Of a stretch of 64,000 nt of DNA, positions 47,150-58,113 are shown in pieces. Both the position numbers and the translations under genes were made by a program. The notes under the pieces were generated by a model that was not told the DNA's origin, did not search any database, and worked only from the letters and a program-made list of their open reading frames with translations. Positions within the stretch are counted from its first letter, which is position 1. Each line of letters begins with the position of its first letter. The DNA comes from Macrostomum lignano (Eukaryota), in assembly GCA_002269645.1 (NCBI GenBank), contig NIVC01003646.1:1-64000 (forward strand). The letters run 5' to 3'.

Positions 47150-50100
47150 GGGTCATTCCAGATAAGGACGGTCGTAACATGTCACTGTATTTGGTCATAT
47201 TTTTTCTAATAGGCGAAAGTATTTGAAACAAAAAACATGTGGTCTTGAAAGCACTTCGTATGGTCTTTCTTTTGCAAAAACAGTTGGCACAAATTGTTGT
47301 TTTATTAGGAGAATAATTAACAAAACATTCACATCCCGGTCGTAACCAGTGAAAAACGTAGATCACGTTTTTAAAAAGTAAACTAAAAGTTTACTCAACA
47401 TATTCATTGGAACCACAAGCGAGTGACAAAAATATGCTACAAAGAAATGAAACAACAGGTAAGCAATGTGATTCGCTTCTATTTTAGTACTTTTGATAGT
47501 TTAAAGTCAGTTTGTTAAAATCCCGGTCGTAACATCCCGGTCGTAACACTTTTGTCTCCCCGCAGTCACACTCGGGAATTATCAACAAAGTGGCGGTGAG
47601 TCAAGTAATATCGTTCTTTTCTTGAAAGGTACATGTCTTATGATCGTTTGAAATGATAGTTAAACATTTGGTAAAAACTATTAAAACTTGTTTTGGACTT
47701 CAAGGTCAACGATAGCATTTTTTCAACATCTTTTATGACCTACAAAGTGACATTGAGTTTGATGGTACCCAAACACGCTAGATTTTGCATGCACTATTAT
47801 AACACTGACAAATTAAATTTTCCCATTTCAGATCAGCAAAAACGTCGAAGTAAAAGCAGTAAAGTGAACACAATAAACATGGATGCAGAACCTGGAACCC
47901 AGAAAAGTAACATCCGGGTTCCAGGTTCTGCATCCATGTTTATTGTGTGGCAGTTGCTGTTGTTGCCCATCACTCAAAGTTGAATTTGAAGTGGCCACGG
48001 GCATCCAAGGGCACAGGGGGATCCAACAGCTTCTGGATGTCAGCCAGTGGGTAGTAAATACAGTCCTTGGACTTTGGCCAGGCGTAGTTCGTGTTGCCGC
48101 TTTTCACCATCACATTCACTTTGTATTCAAACACCCCCTCAGTGTCGTCCAGCTGCCGGATCTTCACAACCTGGCCAGGGAAAACCTCGCCCTCATAGTC
48201 GACCAGGACCCACCGGCCCACAGCTAGCTCAGCTGCGATGGGGTCAAGACTGGCACTTGGAGCCTCAGCGGACTCTTGGCTCATGCCAGTGAGCAGCCTG
48301 CCTGCTGGAACCGGAGTACTGGCAGCTGCAGGGACCCAGGAAGGCCTTGGCGGCGGAGCACTTGAGACTGGCGCTCGCACAGCAACTTCACTGTCAGTGT
48401 CCAGGCACCAGAAGTGGTCACGCTGGATGCCCTTGACCTGTTTTAATTGAGATAAATATATATATATATTTATAGTATTTTGTTTTCTGCGTTGTACACA
48501 TGTACTTTATTTCATTTTCAAAGATGGGCTGTGATTTCAATGTTCTTAGTTTTTTCTGTTTTATAAATAATTGCCGCATGCACTTAAGTTTATTTTCTTC
48601 TTGAGTGCGCCTAAGTAAAAAAATACAATTTAATCAATGCTGACATTACCGCAGGTGCATCCAGGAGCTGAGACTCGAGGCTGGAGAACTGAGCCTGGAT
48701 CGTCTCGCTGGCAATGAGCACAGTCTCAATGCTGCTGTCCTTCACAGCGTGAACGAAGTCCTGCGCGCTGTGAATGAAGAGCTGACGGGCCTTCACCTTG
48801 GTCCAGGCCAGCCGCTTCAGAACGCCACCGACGCCGTCAATGGCGCCCTTGCCATGGGAAGTGGCAAAAAAATTCCACGTGATGCGCTTGACGCCCGGGT
48901 TCTCGGTCAGGAGGATGGCCAGCAGCTTCATCATGAAACGGTTCTTGAACTGTGAAGCTGGGCCATCACTCCAGAAGTGGACCACCTTGGGCTGCCGAGA
49001 CTCACAGAACTTCTGGGAAGGAAAAGCAAGGGAGAAAGGGATGGGGATTGAGACAGAGAGACAGAGAGAGAGAGAGAATGGACTGGGACAAATGGAATTC
49101 CTGTAAAAAGTACATAACTATGCCTTACCTGCATCAGGTGCCGCAGGAAAGTTGAAATGGCCTCCTTGGAATGATGAAGGTGGTCGCTGACGATGGCCAT
49201 CATCTTGCTGCCACCTGGCCAGTAAGCAGCAACAGTGAAAAGTGTTACCTGCGCCTGATTCCAGTAGGCGCTTTGGGCCATGTCCTGCTGGGAGCACGTG
49301 TAATTCTCGCTGAAATCGAAGTGCAGCAGGAGCTCTCCGTCGGCCAGCGCGTCCTTCTGGTTGCGAAAGAAGCTGGCCTGCACCTGCTTCGTCTGGTGGT
49401 GAAGGACGAAAGCAGGCAGCTGCTCAACCAGCATCTTGAACGTGTCGGCCACGGTGAGCTGCACTGGCTGCTGCTGCACGCGGCCGTCCGCCCCGAAATC
49501 CCACTGGTGAAAGCGGACCACGTGCTCCTTCTCCTCATCAGTTGGTGACACCAGGCGGTGGTTGTCACCTGAAGCACAGCGCTGGCATTGGCCATTGTTG
49601 CAATCCAGAGTCGCCGGGTTGCAGAGGATGAATTCGCCTACCCAGCGCGACGAGTAGGACGGCATGCCAGTGGCACCAGCCAGGGCACTGCAGAGACTGT
49701 TTTAATAGAATAATTTGAAATGGGTGGCAGTTTGTTAAGAAGTAATATTTAAGTATATGTAACTTAGTACATCTGTCATAATTATGTCGAACTACCTTTT
49801 GAAGTTCTCGTGCAGCTTGCAGCAGCAGGCCTCCAGCGGTGTCTTGGAAAATGTCAGGATGTGACGTGGCCGCAGCTCGCAAAACTTCGACAGCGAGAGC
49901 TTGTGCTCTACATGCTCGTGGATGAACAGGTGGTGCAGCTCCTTCATGCCGGCCACCAGGTAGCGCTTCTGGATCTGCTGACCATTGACTTTGACGTACT
50001 CCTTCCGCCCAGGAGTCCAGCGGGAAACGTCTTCGCGATCAAAAAAGGCAGCCACAGCATCGATGGTCTCGAATGGAATCCGCTCCCGGGAGATCTTCGG

Positions 50101-51256
50101 GGGGTCAACCAGCTGCACGCCAAGGTTTTTGGCGAGCTGGCGAACGACTACGCGCTGGTGATCTAGTGATCTTGGCAGACCCTTCCAGGCGCTAGAGTGA
50201 AAGAAAGAAAGGGGAATGTTCTACAAAAAACATCTAGATACACATGTCACACATTGTTACAACCTACAAACATAACTACCTAAAGGTGTCAAATTCAAAT
50301 GCCAACTTACCGGTTCACAGCACGATTGAGTGTTTTGCTGCTGCTGTAGGTGGTGCTCTCAAGTGACTCAGCCTCCTGCTGCTGCTGTTCCACCAGTTCA
50401 CGCCGCCTCTGCCGCATGGCTTGCATCCGAGCTAGAGCTTGCTTCCGCTGCTTCTCAATCTTTGCAGGGTCCTTCTTCGCCTCACTCCTCCTATCCCGAC
50501 TCCTCTTCTTCTCCTTCTCACGCAACTCGTCTCCCTTCCGAATCCTATAATCACGCTTGACTTCTTTTGATGGCTTTACCATAATGAATTCAAGTTAGAA
50601 AGTCACTTGGCTGTAAGAAAAATAACACACGGTCAGTATTTTGAATGAGGGAATAAAAATCAACATGAAAAAACAAATGGTATCATTGTGTTACGACCAT
50701 GTTACGACCAGGATATCCCGGTCGTAACCTAACTTTACACATAAAATAGAGTACAAAATGCATATCGAACTGTGTCAATACTTCTGTATCACACCAATAT
50801 ACATGTGTTTCAAATGAAAACCATTCCCGATGTTAATTTTTTCAAAGAGACAGTCACCAAAAAAACTTTTCAACTTTCTATATCCCGGTCGTAACACATG
50901 AATTACATCACAATAAACTGTTTCATACTATCTTTCAAGCTATGTTTAAACTGCTAAAAACGTTTTTTTTTACTTTCATATACTGAAACATTAGTTATAT
51001 GCCAGAAAACGACTTCTATAGTTAGTAACTATTAAATTGCAAAGCTTAAAACTTTATACCTATCAGCGTACCTATTCAGAATGTATGCATTACATAGACT
51101 TTGGAGTAGAAAAAAAGGAACAAAAATGCCATATCTTCATTAAAGTTCAATAAAAACATAAAATATAGACTCTCACTAAGCACTTTAAGCAAAGTTGGTG
51201 CTTCTACATCAGTTTTAATTTTTTTCCCATTGTGTCCTTTTCTCGTGGAATGACCC
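47150..51256 (-). mobile_element. Sola2-type DNA transposon, 4107 bp, structurally complete
   Basis: TIR GGGTCATTCCA at both ends and a 4-bp TSD, TACT (47146-47149, 51257-51260). Subterminal CCCGGTCGTAAC repeats at about 47335, 47522, 47536, 50717 and 50884. Confidence 0.9.
47970..50582 (-). CDS. Spliced Sola2-type DDD transposase, 688 aa, 5 exons
   Basis: Exons 50582-50311, 50191-49796, 49696-49129, 49012-48650 and 48437-47970 total 2067 nt, in frame with no stops. Motifs FDFSENY, WSDGPASQFKN and FATSHGKGAIDGVGG; C-terminal VGRWVLVDYEGEVFPGQV (Tudor-like). Confidence 0.88.
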
Positions 51257-51296
51257 TACTGCTATAATAAGAAGCAGATTCTGTTCTATTTTGTAT

Positions 51297-51704
51297 TCAC
51301 ATCCGAAATATTGTAAATCCTGCTTTATGCAGTGTCATGATGGCTTTAACAATTTCTGATTTGCTAATTTTGTCAACAGATTCATCAACTGATGGACAAC
51401 TACCCATTCCTTCTCCAATTCTCACTCCTTTTTTTCTAGCAATTTTCTCCATCTCTCATTGATGTGCACTATCATTGGAAGCCTTCATAGCTGATGCAAC
51501 TCTGCTGGCTACACCTCCTGCGGAACCAAGAGCGCCTACTAGGATGGGGATTAGAGTTGCCAAAGGAAGAATCTTGCCAGTCTTCTCATCAGTGATATTA
51601 TGTGTTGGATCTACTTTGACATTAACACCTTTAATTGACACAACACCTGGCTTCTTTGATTCGATAATTCTGTTGATTTTATTCACGGATCTGGTTTCAA
51701 TCAT
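51297..51704 (-). pseudogene. Polinton small core protein resembling adenoviral pX/mu
   Basis: GKILPLATLIPILVGALGSAGGVASRVA resembles pX GGILPLLIPLIAAAIGA.PGIASVA. An internal TGA at 51456-51458 interrupts a frame that continues to 51297. Confidence 0.6.
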
Positions 51705-51746
51705 TTTATTTAAAAAAAGTATTTATTTCTGTATCATGTGGAATTA

Positions 51747-52602
51747 CTAGAAGCTCAGCCTTTGTGAATGATCATGTGGGGCTTTTGAATTTAAGGCTTG
51801 GGATAGAAAATAGTAATCACTGGATGCTAATGTGAAATTCCTATCTATCTTATGTATATCAAGACTTAAGTATGGGTATGTTGCTCTTCTCTTTGTGTCC
51901 TTTTCTAGCTCTCCTGGTAAGTAAAGGAGGCGAACGAATTCAGAGTAAGTAAGAATTTCCGGAGAATATATTCCTATCTGATGTTTTGATTTAACTGTGT
52001 CCTGTTTGATGGCAGTAATTGGTTTCAGGTTTGTCACTTGAGATACTTCATTGTTCAGTTGATTTATTTCAGTGGGGAGTCTTTCTGTCCACTTGGTATA
52101 GGATCTTTCCACAAAAGCCTGGTCTCTGTAGAGCTCAGTTCTTCTGTAGCACATTTTCGTATTGTTTTTTCCAAAAGGGATTTGACTGCACCCATGAATT
52201 CTTTTCTAGGATCAGTCATAAAGGTTTGGGGGTATGTGAGTGGAGAGTTTTAATTTCTTGGAGGGCAGCTGCAACTGCTTCTGACTTCTTTGTCTTGAGT
52301 AGTCTCGCTTCCTTATATCTGGAGGCAATGTATATAACTATGAGAGCATACTTGTAGCCTGAGTCATTGGGGAGAAACAAGATCTGCTTGGTACGCCTCA
52401 TTAGGTTTATAATGCTAAAGTGAGGTGTTGTAAATTGAAGAGGTAGGAAGTAGACTTCTTGGTAGACTGCTTGCTTGGAAAGCCATCTTTTAACTATTTG
52501 CTTTGATTCATTACTTAGTTCTGCGAGTTTGGCAACTGCATTTTTTCCTAAAAAGAATGCTTCATTGCTGTAGTAGAGCTTTTAAAGTCTCTGCTCTGTC
52601 AT
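51747..52602 (-). pseudogene. Polinton/Maverick retroviral-like (rve) integrase, frameshifted
   Basis: KLYYS...WLSKQA, LFLPND.GYKYAL...ASRYKEA, TDPRKEFMG, QAFVER and LLYLPGELE...RRATYP appear across frames. Confidence 0.85.
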
Positions 52603-52626
52603 TTTTTAAAGAAGATTTTTAATAAA

Positions 52627-53037
52627 ATGCAACGCTCTGGTGGTAACTTAGATTCACATGGACTGATAGAAAAGCTTCCTCATCCAAATGAAGGCTGGAC
52701 AATTCCCAGCTACAAATATTGCGAGTCTTTGAATCCGCTTGAAATTCAGTTAGATAAAAACAATAATCAAAATCCTGGGCATGAGCCAGTGAACAAGCTA
52801 GACTCTGTCTGCATGTGGCACGACGTTAAGTATAGGGATTTTTCAGAGAAGAATTGCTGGGACAAAGAAATGCTTAGGAGACTAGACAATATGGGGACTT
52901 CAAGCGGATGGATGGAATCGATCACTCGGAAGCTAGTTAAAGCTGTTATTTTTCGTGGGACAAATCTGGGATTGGGGATTGGCGGCTGTTGGGAGAAGGG
53001 GTGGGTTTTGTATTGCATGCTCCTAATGAAGAACTAG
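52627..53037 (+). CDS. Polinton-associated parvovirus-type phospholipase A2-like protein (Ca-loop degenerate; may be a pseudogene)
   Basis: GGNLD.H..IEKLP, YKYCESLNPL (compare YKYLGPGNPL), EPVNKLD..CMWHDVKY, D..ML and LGLG. Confidence 0.75.
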   Translation: MQRSGGNLDSHGLIEKLPHPNEGWTIPSYKYCESLNPLEIQLDKNNNQNPGHEPVNKLDSVCMWHDVKYRDFSEKNCWDKEMLRRLDNMGTSSGWMESITRKLVKAVIFRGTNLGLGIGGCWEKGWVLYCMLLMKN

Positions 53038-53846
53038 GAAGACTGCTGAGAGAGCTGGGGGTTGAGAGAGCAGAATTATTCAAGCCAAAAAATAGGGCTC
53101 ATTTTTTTGGATTGGAGGGGTGTTTGGGAGAAAGGTTAGGTTTTCTATTGCACGCGCCCAGTAAAAAAACAGGCAGACTGCTGCAACAGTGAAGAGTTTG
53201 TATTGATGTTGATCATTGAGAAAATGTGAGCTGCTTAAACATAGCTGTCGCTGTTGTAGCCTGCTATGTGCAAATGCTTTTTTAAGCAGTGTACAAATTA
53301 TGCTTAGTTGAGCAGATGGAGAATAAGTTGGGGGGGTGCCAAGTGTGGATTTGAGTAAGGACAGTTTTTTATTCCCTAAAGAGTTGCGCACAATAGGGAT
53401 TCTCTCATTCTCCCAGAAAAGCAGAAAAGGAAAAAATCAACCGCTTCGCCGCCATTAGCATGCATGGACTGTGTATGTTGGGATTCTCTCCTTGACTGAT
53501 ATTGATTATTGGCCAAATTGCGAGGCCAGTTGGCCTGCCTATTCGGCCTCAGCCTCGGAATTTGGTCCGCCTAGTTTGCCTCTATGAATATTTAAAAATA
53601 GTCATGACGGCAATTTTTTGTTCTAGAACTTTCTATAGTCTTCCTTATTAAATTCAAGGAAGAATTGCGCATGTCTCTTCTGCCAGAACATGCCGTCTCT
53701 TTCGACTCTCAAGGAACGCATTGTTGCATTGAAACAGAAACAAAGAAGTAAACTTATACCCCCCATATCCAGCCACAGAAAATCTGACTTAAGAAGGATA
53801 AATATGGAAGTATTTCTTCAAGAAGACGAGCCGCAATATAAGGAAA

Positions 53847-54490
53847 ATGAACTGTTTTTGCAATGTCTTCGGGGGTATTGATCCTTGCGAAATAAGATTC
53901 ACTGGTTGGTCAAACGTTCTTAATGTGACGGCAGCAAATAATAAGTTTTATTACAAATGGAAAGGTGTGGCAGCAGAAGCTGTGGTATTCCCTATGAGCA
54001 CGCAAAGTGTGGATATTTACAATTACTTTCTAGAAAATGTCTTTACTAAAAGAGGCCATTTTAAGACACCTGATCTGAGTAGGCCAGAACTGTTCCCTGT
54101 CAAACTAACCTATGATCTCACTGTAATGAGAGTGGTCATGCAAGTTCACAAAGATGCAGAGGTTGAGTTTAAAGATGACACTTGGTATAGGGAATTGGGA
54201 TTTGAGCAGAAAGCTTAGGATAGAATCCACGGCGCGGACTGGAACTCAAGCGCCAGAATCATCGTGGGTTGTTAGCATGGCCCGGGAAAGTGTAAGCGGT
54301 TTGTTCTTAGCACCCAATATTGCAGACATTGTAAAAGGTTTGAATATTCTAATCAGAAGTAATCTCAGTCTTGATTGGGTTTTTTACGGGAAAGCGAACG
54401 AATATTAAGGGAAAGCGAAACGAGTAATAAGGAGATTCACGAGATTGTGCTACAGTTCGAGACTGAAGATGTGATCCCTATTGCAGCGCA
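53847..54490 (+). pseudogene. Polinton minor capsid (penton) protein, frameshifted
   Basis: WSNVLNV..ANNKFYY, SVDIYNY and WYRELGF; then ADIVKGLNILIRSNL; then KEIHEIVLQFETEDVIPI, in successive frames. Confidence 0.65.
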
Positions 54491-54509
54491 TGGCTTAAGT
54501 ACGCCAGAC

Positions 54510-55845
54510 TTAAGTAGCTGCACTGATTGCCGGTGTCTTACGAAAAACGCCACTAGCTTTTCGCAGCCACTCCTTGGCTATCGCAGTCACTGTCTGTGGC
54601 ATTGAACTGACGGACGGCGGCAAATGCCACGCTAGCCTTGCCCGCAGCTCCAGCGTCTCGTCCAGCTGAATGGCGCCCTGCTGGCACTGGCGCTTCATGC
54701 TGGTGTAGACGCTCTCAACGATTGCCTCGGGACCGCGCTTCGCCAATGCCCAGTCGTATAGGGCGCACAGCTTCGTCCCAAATTTTTCGTAGACGGCGGG
54801 CTCTCGATAAATAGCAGCACAGAACGCTCCTTCACTAACTCGTAAAGGCACTGGACCATCGCCGAAATCTACCATAAAGTCGGACTCGGAGGAATCTGGT
54901 GAGGCCGACATCATCATTACGCGGTCATCTGGGCAATCTGTGCCGAATATTGCCTGTGAGATGTAGTAAAGCTGAGCTGAGACTAGATCGGAATTCAAAA
55001 CAGAATTTAAAAAACCAAAATATAATAATATATCTTTTTTCACCTGCCGGCAGCACCTGGCAGCAGCGTCATCTTCCCAGACTATGGCCCACAGGGCGTC
55101 ACGCCAGGCCCGATGGAGCTGCAGTGCGTTGGAGTCGGCCAGCAGCTCGCGAATGCATTGCCTTGTTCTTGCTGCGCCGACCGCTGCGCAGAAGGCCTGC
55201 TGGCCGTGGACAAGGAAGGCCCCTTCGAAGCGCAGCCGCACCATTCCTTGCCGCCGACTGCCGCAAAGTGCTCGCAGGTAGCCGTGGAGCCCGAAAGACG
55301 CCTCTAACAGGTGAAGAAAATTCGGCACGGATTCCGAGCTCCGGCGGCTTAAAGACTCGCAAAGTCTGTTCACCATGGCCAGCGACGCCTTGAGGGCTGC
55401 TTCCACCGTGTGGTCGCAAGATTCGCAAGACTGGCCTTCATCATGGGAGCCTGGAAGTTGCGGTCGAATCGGAAAATTTACGGTAAAAATTTAATCATTA
55501 CAGTAATACACCACAGTGCCACACACTGCCTCACTTACCTGCGTCCGCAGCGTCCTCGGAGTCGGTGGACTCTGTATCCGATTCTGCCGACTCTTCGCCG
55601 TCGACGTCGTTGCCAGTGGTGGGGAATGGAATGACCGCCGAAGTGGTAACCTCCAGGCTACGGAAGCGACCATTCCGCAGCTCTTGCAGGTGACGGCCGA
55701 TGTAGTGTAAGTGCAACTGATTGCCGTGATTCGCGTCGGGCTGGTTCAGGCCCTGCATTCCGATCTTGGTGTACTTGGGCGAGGCGCTCGAGCCGCACTG
55801 CACTGAGTTGCTATTGGCGTCCAGTCCGGAACTTAACGTCGGCAT
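54510..55845 (-). CDS. Spliced ORF resembling the C-terminal half of a hAT-like transposase
   Basis: Exon 55845-55539 splices in phase 1 (G|GTAAGT...CCAG|GC) to 55450, and a possible in-frame 72-bp intron lies at 55043-54972. C-terminal ALAKRGPEAIVESVYTSM...TLELRARLAWHLP resembles the hAT Glu/dimerisation region. Confidence 0.45.
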
Positions 55846-56809
55846 GGACGAGTCGTGTGACCGCCGGCTAGTGGAGGACCCGCTGGCTGTCGACGAAGAG
55901 CAGCAGCAGCACCAGCAGCACCAGCAGCATCGCACCTTGTCGGGCTACATTCGGCTTGTGACCAACACCGCCGGCTGGCACGTTTACGAGCTGCTGCACG
56001 GACTGCTGCCGGGATCCGAGGTGGGCCGAGGTTTCGTACTCAACAACCTCACAACGCTGACAGTCTGCGGTGTGCGTTCCCCTGATACGATTGTGCGAAG
56101 TCTCACGCAGCACGACGGATACCCGCTCCTGGTCGGCATTGGCGTATCTCAATGCAGCATGCTGGTGCAGGCAACGCGCTGGGTGCTCTCCTACCCGCGG
56201 ACGGCCAGCCTGCCAAATAATACCGATGGCTTTCTGCTAGCTCACCAGCAGATGCGGGCGGCACTCCTTACGATGTTTAAGGATATCCAGCGCCAGCGTC
56301 GCATCCGTCAGGAGCGCCTCCAACGCTGCTCGGCTTGCTCAGAAGCACTGAAGCAGACAATGCGACACCTGAAGCACCGTCAGTGCCCGCTCCGGGTGGC
56401 CGTGTGCAATGCCCTACTCCGGACATCAGGTGTCGTGTACCTTTACGGGCCATCAGGAGTCGGAAAAACCATGGCCGTTGAGCGCCACTGGGGCCTAGAG
56501 CGAGTATTCTGCCCAACAATCAAGCCTTTCGGTGGCAACGACTTCATATTTGATGGGCTCGACATCAACAGGCACTCTGTCATCTTCATTGACGAAATTC
56601 GGCCCCAATATTTTGAAGGGAGTAGTGACCTACAAGCGACGCTACTGCGGCTGTTGAATGGGAACTCGTTTCTAATTAACGCGAAGCATCAATCGCATGT
56701 GTACATCGACTGGGCGCAAAGACTCATAGTCCTGGCCGGGCACGCCTCGCCTGAAGAATACAGTCCGGATTTTCAGCGCCGGCTGCGGAACGAGAATAAT
56801 GTCCTATAG
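55766..56809 (+). CDS. Superfamily 3 helicase with a Rep-like N-terminal region; first ATG at 55844
   Basis: Walker A GPSGVGKT, Walker B VIFIDEI, B' LLRLLNGNSFLINAKH, motif C LIVLAG and Arg finger DFQRRL. Confidence 0.85.
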   Translation: MVYLGEALEPHCTELLLASSPELNVGMDESCDRRLVEDPLAVDEEQQQHQQHQQHRTLSGYIRLVTNTAGWHVYELLHGLLPGSEVGRGFVLNNLTTLTVCGVRSPDTIVRSLTQHDGYPLLVGIGVSQCSMLVQATRWVLSYPRTASLPNNTDGFLLAHQQMRAALLTMFKDIQRQRRIRQERLQRCSACSEALKQTMRHLKHRQCPLRVAVCNALLRTSGVVYLYGPSGVGKTMAVERHWGLERVFCPTIKPFGGNDFIFDGLDINRHSVIFIDEIRPQYFEGSSDLQATLLRLLNGNSFLINAKHQSHVYIDWAQRLIVLAGHASPEEYSPDFQRRLRNENNVL

Positions 56810-57597
56810 AAATGGATCACGACATTGAAGAATGTCATGGGGAGTGCCAGCCAGTACCTGATGGCGCCTACGCTGCTGACGCCGCCGACGATGAGCCCGA
56901 CAATGGCATGTACTGATCTTTTGATCGATCGATCGTTTAATGTTCTGTTTCTTGACTAATAACTTGGCTACTACTACTATTAGAGACTACTCTGGCCTAA
57001 TAACGGTTCTTTGTTTAATAATCAATCAATTCATTTATTCAGCTAGCCAGCCAGTCAGTCAGCTTTTCCCCCCTCCCCCGATATTTTTGTCGCATAGTTT
57101 AAGGCCTTCTTAAGCCTATTGTTCCTGTCTATTGACTATACAGTTTTCCGTTGACTAAAAACTGCAGGTATGAAGATTTCTTACCTTGTTGATAATAATA
57201 ATAATCCACAACAATGCACAACAGCGATGAGCAGCGGTAGATGATTAACAACAACGGCGGCAGAAGAAAAAGGACGTAAAAAATTCAAATGGCGTGCCAA
57301 AGCAAAAAACGTAGTCTCAATAATAAAATCTCTATATAACAATCAATCAATCGTATAGAAGAAGAAATTAAACGCTAGCTAGCTAGCTGCTGTTAGGGAT
57401 GCAACTTAAATCTTCCTTGTCTTTACAGTCAAATACATTAATAGTTTATGGCTTTAAGTTTGATTACATCTATAAATAACTGATGCATTTACATAATAAA
57501 TAATAATATAATAATAATAACATCGAACATCTGATCGCGCAATATCAAAAGATGAAAAAATTTATAAACAATGGCTGGCTAGCTAACGCATGTCCAT

Positions 57598-58071
57598 CGT
57601 ACAGTTCATAGTGCGCGCATAATTCCCTAAAATAATACGAATAGCTAAATGGATCGAGTCCCTTATAATTTTATAGAGTTTAATGCGCGCACTATGAACG
57701 GTACGTAATTTTCATGCTCTCGAACAATTAACACAGTATAGGCAGTGATGAGTATAGCGGTAACAAAAATACGAGCATACAAGCATATCTGATTGCACAA
57801 ATCGAACGCGTACAGTTTATAGTGCGTGCACAACTCCTAAAAATATATAAATGTGGAAATTGATTGACATTTGCAAATCTCTTAATTTTTTAGAGTTTTA
57901 TGCGCGCACTATCGACTGTACTAATAATTATATTGCAATACTATAACTGAAAACTATGTAAACAATTAGTACATGCAGAGTCTGTAGCGGTACATAAATA
58001 AAAGCACTGCCAAATAAATTAATCATTGAAGAACGTATAAAGCGCGCACGTACGTGCGCGCATTATACGTT
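57598..58071. other. Cluster of three related inverted repeats between the converging SF3 and YR genes
   Basis: IR1 arms 57598-57620/57683-57705 (23 bp, 1 mismatch). IR2 arms 57810-57831/57900-57921 (4 mismatches). A 40-bp palindrome at 58032-58071 (1 mismatch). All share the GTGCGCGCA core. Confidence 0.85.
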
Positions 58072-58113
58072 ATTGTTATTAATTAATTAATCAAGTTAGT
58101 GAGAACCTAGCAT

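Noticed and set aside
54494-54516. CTTAAGTA direct repeat at the capsid / hAT-like junction as a TSD
   Set aside because: Both copies are on the same side of the insertion, and no matching copy was found at the right boundary.
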